Shown here piece by piece: positions 60,024 through 64,000 of a stretch of 64,000 nucleotides of DNA. The stretch spans positions 125,178,001 through 125,242,000 of the forward strand of contig OZ024742.1 in NCBI GenBank assembly GCA_964016885.1, read 5' to 3'. Below the pieces are notes generated by a model. It made no database searches. It was not told the DNA's origin and saw only the letters and a list, made by a program, of their open reading frames with translations. Positions within the stretch are counted from its first letter, which is position 1; each line of letters starts with the position of its first letter. This stretch comes from Eledone cirrhosa (lineage: Eukaryota). The position numbers and the translations under genes were made by a program.

Positions 60024-62594
60024 CCAGCGTGCGTCTAAGATGCCGTTCCAGTCCCCCGCCAACAGTAAAGGGCGAGACGTACCCAGAAAGGCTTCCAGTC
60101 CGACCGTCCTTCCCCAGTAGGAGCATAGACGGCCACCAGTCTAAAGGCACCACCTTCGTTATTGTTCACGTCCAGGACCACCAACTTCCCGTCCGGGTCC
60201 CGGAAGATCGACCTTCCCTCGAGATCCCGGCCTTTCCTAAACAGCACTGCCACCTCGCCTCCCATTCCCGGCCGGCTAACAGATGCAAAGATCTGATAGT
60301 CGTCGAATATGGTGGCTAGTGCGCGCGTGTCGGAAATCCTGGTCTCGCTGACTGCAATTACATCCATTTATATAGACCTGAGGTCGTTGAGCAGGTGACA
60401 CTGCTTCCAGGACGATCCCAGGCCTCCAACATTTAAACATCCTACTCTTAATACGGCCATGTTGGCAGGTTAAAAAGAGAGAGAGAGGAAGGTTTACTTA
60501 CCTTCCGGGTTCTAGTGAAGGTCGGGTTGTTCGACCTCCATAGTTGGTGGGGTTTCTTATGGGAACCCATTTAAAAGTCTTGAAGTGGGTTTTCCGTTCG
60601 GGGTTCCCACGTCCCGAGGAAAGCTGTCTCGTATTTCTTTGAATAAATCGATCGACATTCGCACCAGAACTAAACCTTTTTTGTATATTTTCACTTCGTG
60701 CTACGAAGGCCATCAGTTTCTTGTTGGCCCTCCTGACGAGCACGAAGTTTTGTATGTTTTGTTGGTGTGATTTTATTTGTTTGCGTGGTTGTGGTGATGA
60801 TGGTTTTGGTGGTGTTGTTTCGGTTGTGTCTGTGTTTGTTGTGAGTGCGGTGTCTGTGGTTTCAGATGTTTGAATATATTTGTTCTTGCGTCTGTTTAGG
60901 TTGTTTGCGTTTGGGGATTCTGGTGATGGTGATGGTGGTGTTGATGTTGGTGTTATTGGAGAGATGTTTGCGTGGGTGGTGTCTGCGTTTTTTATTGTGG
61001 GTAATTTTGTGCTTTGTTGAGTTTTTTTTTTCTTTTTGTGTTTCCTTTTTTGTATTTTGGGGGATTTTGGTTTTCCCTCATCTTCACTACTGGTAGATGA
61101 AAGGGTCTGTGTCTGTAAGTGTGTCTATATGTATGTTTATGGTTTTATTGGTGTGTGTATTTTGGGGGGAGGGGGAATTTGACAGCTTTCCTCGTTTACC
61201 CCCCTGGGTGGTCAATGTGGAGGTGGTTTATTGTATTGGTGTTGTTGTTGGTGGTTTTGCTGGTGCTGGTGTTGGTTGTGGTCCTCGCCCCGGCGTCGGC
61301 AGCAGTGGAGCCTTTCGACCCCTTGCCACTTTCAGCAGTTGAGGGCAGAAGGCTCGCAAATGGGTTTTTTCCCCATAAACAAAACACTGCGACCTTTTGC
61401 CTTCGGTCATAATGTGAATGTCCGTCCCATTCTGAAGGTGGATGGGGTCCGGGATTGTCTTCACAATCTCGGGCCTGATCTGGAGAAGGATCTCCAGGTC
61501 TACTCCGGACCAGTCCTCTCTGGCCGTTCTGGTCATTTCTATAGGGACGGTATCCGTCGCCTCCACAATCACACATCCCAGAAGCCACCACATGTCAAGT
61601 CCTGGTGGGATTGTGGGAATGCGGAGACGGGCCGTACTTTTTCCCATGTGGGAGGGGTACATTATGACCTTGCTGGTTTTGCAAGGAATCATAGCGTGTT
61701 TCATAGCGAGGGCTTCTGACTTGAACAACACCGAAATAGTGCCGTACTGTCTGCACCTCTCTATGTATTCGGTGTCTTCTCTGATTCACCTCAGCGCTAC
61801 TTCGACATCTGCTTGTGGGATTAAAGCTGACCTTTTGATTTGTGCTGAGATGCATCTATAATGCACCGTTCTGCGCTCCACTGTCTCAATAGCTTCTACC
61901 GGGAGAGTTAAGTTGGCCCAGGTTTGCTCTTGCTTTATGAAGTTCCATGCCTGGGCCAACTTTTCATCTTTGTTTGAGAGGTCCATGTTGAAGGATGGAC
62001 TCTTTTTTGCTGCTGCCGCAGCGAAAGTGTTCTTCTTGTTTTCGTTGGAGGTGTTGTCGTTGTTCTTGTTGGTGTTGTTGTTATCACTGTCGCTGTTATC
62101 ATTGTTGTCTTTGTTGCCACCGTTGTTCTCGGTGCAGTTGGTATTGTTGGTGTTGGTGTTGTCGCTATTTGTTTTCATGTTAGTGTTGATATTGTTGCAT
62201 TTGACATTTTTCTTTTGTTATCTGTATTTTCGTTGTCGCTGTTACTGTCATTTTTTTTCAAAATTAGAGTTCTCATTGGTATCATAGGTGTCTTTGTTTA
62301 AATTGTTTGTGGTGGTGTTTGTGTTATCAATGTGTGTTAATTTCGCTGTAGCGCTCCTCTCAACTTTTATGTCGTTGTCGCACGACAGGCGACATATCGC
62401 TGGGGGGCGTGACTCAGCCATGTTTTTTTTCTCCGTAAATGTTTTAACATGTAAAAAAAGTTCAAATATTTGGGCCAAAAAGCCCAAATGTTATACTTTC
62501 CCCTACACAACAAGAAATATTTAACAAGAAATTGTTTTAACAGGCAAATCAAGCGACTTACTGGGAGCGAGCTAAATGGGCGTCCGAACAGATC
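60021..62594 (-). mobile_element. L1/Tx1 family C: 5' UTR, disrupted ORF1 and start of ORF2
   Basis: DVIAVSETRISD..VAVYAPTG; ORF1 knuckle remnant CFVYGEKTHLRAFC; 5' end abuts (AAT)n. Confidence 0.88.
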
Positions 62595-62609
62595 AATAAT
62601 AATAATAAT

Positions 62610-62737
62610 AGTTTCTACTTTAGGCACAAGGCCAGCAATTACCCAGTACATTACTGGTACTTTATTTTATCGACCCCGTAAGGATGAAAGGCAAAGTTAA
62701 CCTCGACGGGATTTGAACTCACATCATAAAGGGCCGT
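62610..62737 (-). mobile_element. 5'-truncated SINE
   Basis: B box, core and tail in reverse. Confidence 0.85.
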
Positions 62738-62774
62738 AATAATAATTATAATAATAATAATAATAATAATAATA

Positions 62775-63668
62775 GAATTGTACTGAAGGAGAGGACAATA
62801 GACCAGGGGATGTCCAAGGAGGAAATAACAAGGAGAAAGAGCAGCCTTCATGAAAAATCCCTTCATAGTACCTTCTTTGAGAAAACTGAATTCAGAGATC
62901 CACAAACATGGAACTGGTTGAAAGGAGGAGACCTTAAAAAGGCTACAGAAGGAATGCTAATGGCTGCGCAAGAGCAGGCCCTCAAAACGAAGTGGCTGAA
63001 ACACCATATTTACAAGGAGGAGGCTATCCCACTGTGCAGGATCTGTGGAGAGAGAGAGGAGACTGTGGCTCACATTGTATCAGAGTGTAAACACCTAGCC
63101 CAGACTCACTATAAAGGCTGGAGACATGATGTGATGGGCAGGGTGATCCACTGGCAAGGTAAACAATTTACCACATTCTGAGAAGTGGTATGAGCATAAG
63201 CCAGAGTCGGTGATAGAGAACGATCAGCTGAAGGTGCTGTGGGATTTTTGGATACAGACGGACAAGAAACTGGAACACAATAGACCTGACCTGGTGGTTT
63301 GGGACAAGGAAAAAAGATCGTGCCTGATTGTGGATGTGGCCTGCCCATTCGACACGAGAGTGCAAGAGAAGGAGAGGGAGATAATTAACCGATACCAGGA
63401 CTTAAAGTGGGAGGTAAAAAGGATTTGGAACTGCCATGAAGTCAAAGTAGTCCCGATTGTCATAGGCGCACTAGGTACTATCTCAAAAAGTTTCCAGGGA
63501 TGGTTAAAGAAAATTGGCCCCGCTCCGCTTTTTGGAACACTTCAAAAGGCATGCTTGCTGGGAACAGCAAGAACCCTCCGATACGTCCTGAATATCTGAG
63601 GCTGCAGGTACTGGCTTGATATTCATTTCTACAAACTTTCCAGTTAACTAACATCAATGACTGAGACT
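62775..63668 (+). mobile_element. Dong family B 5'-truncated copy
   Basis: ORFs 62810-63181 and 63210-63599 match the C-terminus of 53363-56755; preceded by (TAA)n. Confidence 0.92.
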
Positions 63669-63669
63669 C

Positions 63670-64000
63670 AGCCATGGGCTGAAAGTTCTCCGGAAGAGAG
63701 CAAACAGCTGATCTTCTTCGACGCCCAGGATCTCTCCGAGAACGTCGTCGCTCTTCCCCTCCACTAGTCCTCTATAGAACGCCGAGGTGGATGTTCCATC
63801 GATACTGGTGCCCAGCTGGCAGAGGGCAGTGAGTGCCTGGAGACATTCCAGTTTCCTAGCGCTATCCCTCGGTCTTTTTCTGACCCAGGACTGCAACTCC
63901 GTCAAGGAGACGAGCTGTAGGAAAACGTGCTTGGCGAACGGCGACCACACATGTTCACCGTCAAGTAAGCGCCAGAGATGTCGCAGCCTCAGCGCATGTT
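63670..64000 (-). mobile_element. L1/Tx1 family B ORF2 fragment, runs off window end
   Basis: Matches about 47670-47880 (STSAFYRGLVEGK). Confidence 0.88.

Overview
Gene-free, AT-rich eukaryotic repeat landscape. The SINE family and dense (TA)n/(CA)n/(TAA)n microsatellites suggest a cephalopod such as octopus (inference). No host protein-coding gene could be supported. The left half (1-33 kb) holds Penelope-like element (PLE) debris, mainly Naiad-type, plus degenerate RTE, R4/Dong and mariner remnants. The right half (34-64 kb) is a nested stack of L1/Tx1-like LINEs (three families, one intact copy) and R4/Dong RLE retrotransposons (two families, one intact 1130-aa ORF) sitting in (TAA)n tracts, with MetaSINE-type tRNA SINEs. 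The main result, found by manual folding, is that the ORF-less stretches are rich in type I hammerhead ribozymes (HHRs): 10 with intact cores plus several degenerate or half motifs. Seven intact ones lie in two related families of non-coding 519-561 nt tandem repeats with one HHR per unit and compensatory base changes between families. These look like retrozyme or circular-RNA-type elements inserted as head-to-head arrays into (TA)n, probably by Naiad PLE machinery. A second candidate is a conserved GTAAGT splice donor at the ORF1 end of all three L1/Tx1 families, which together with an acceptor in the 3' UTR would place ORF2 inside an intron. All RNA structures were read by eye, none is experimentally tested, and boundaries of degenerate elements are approximate.
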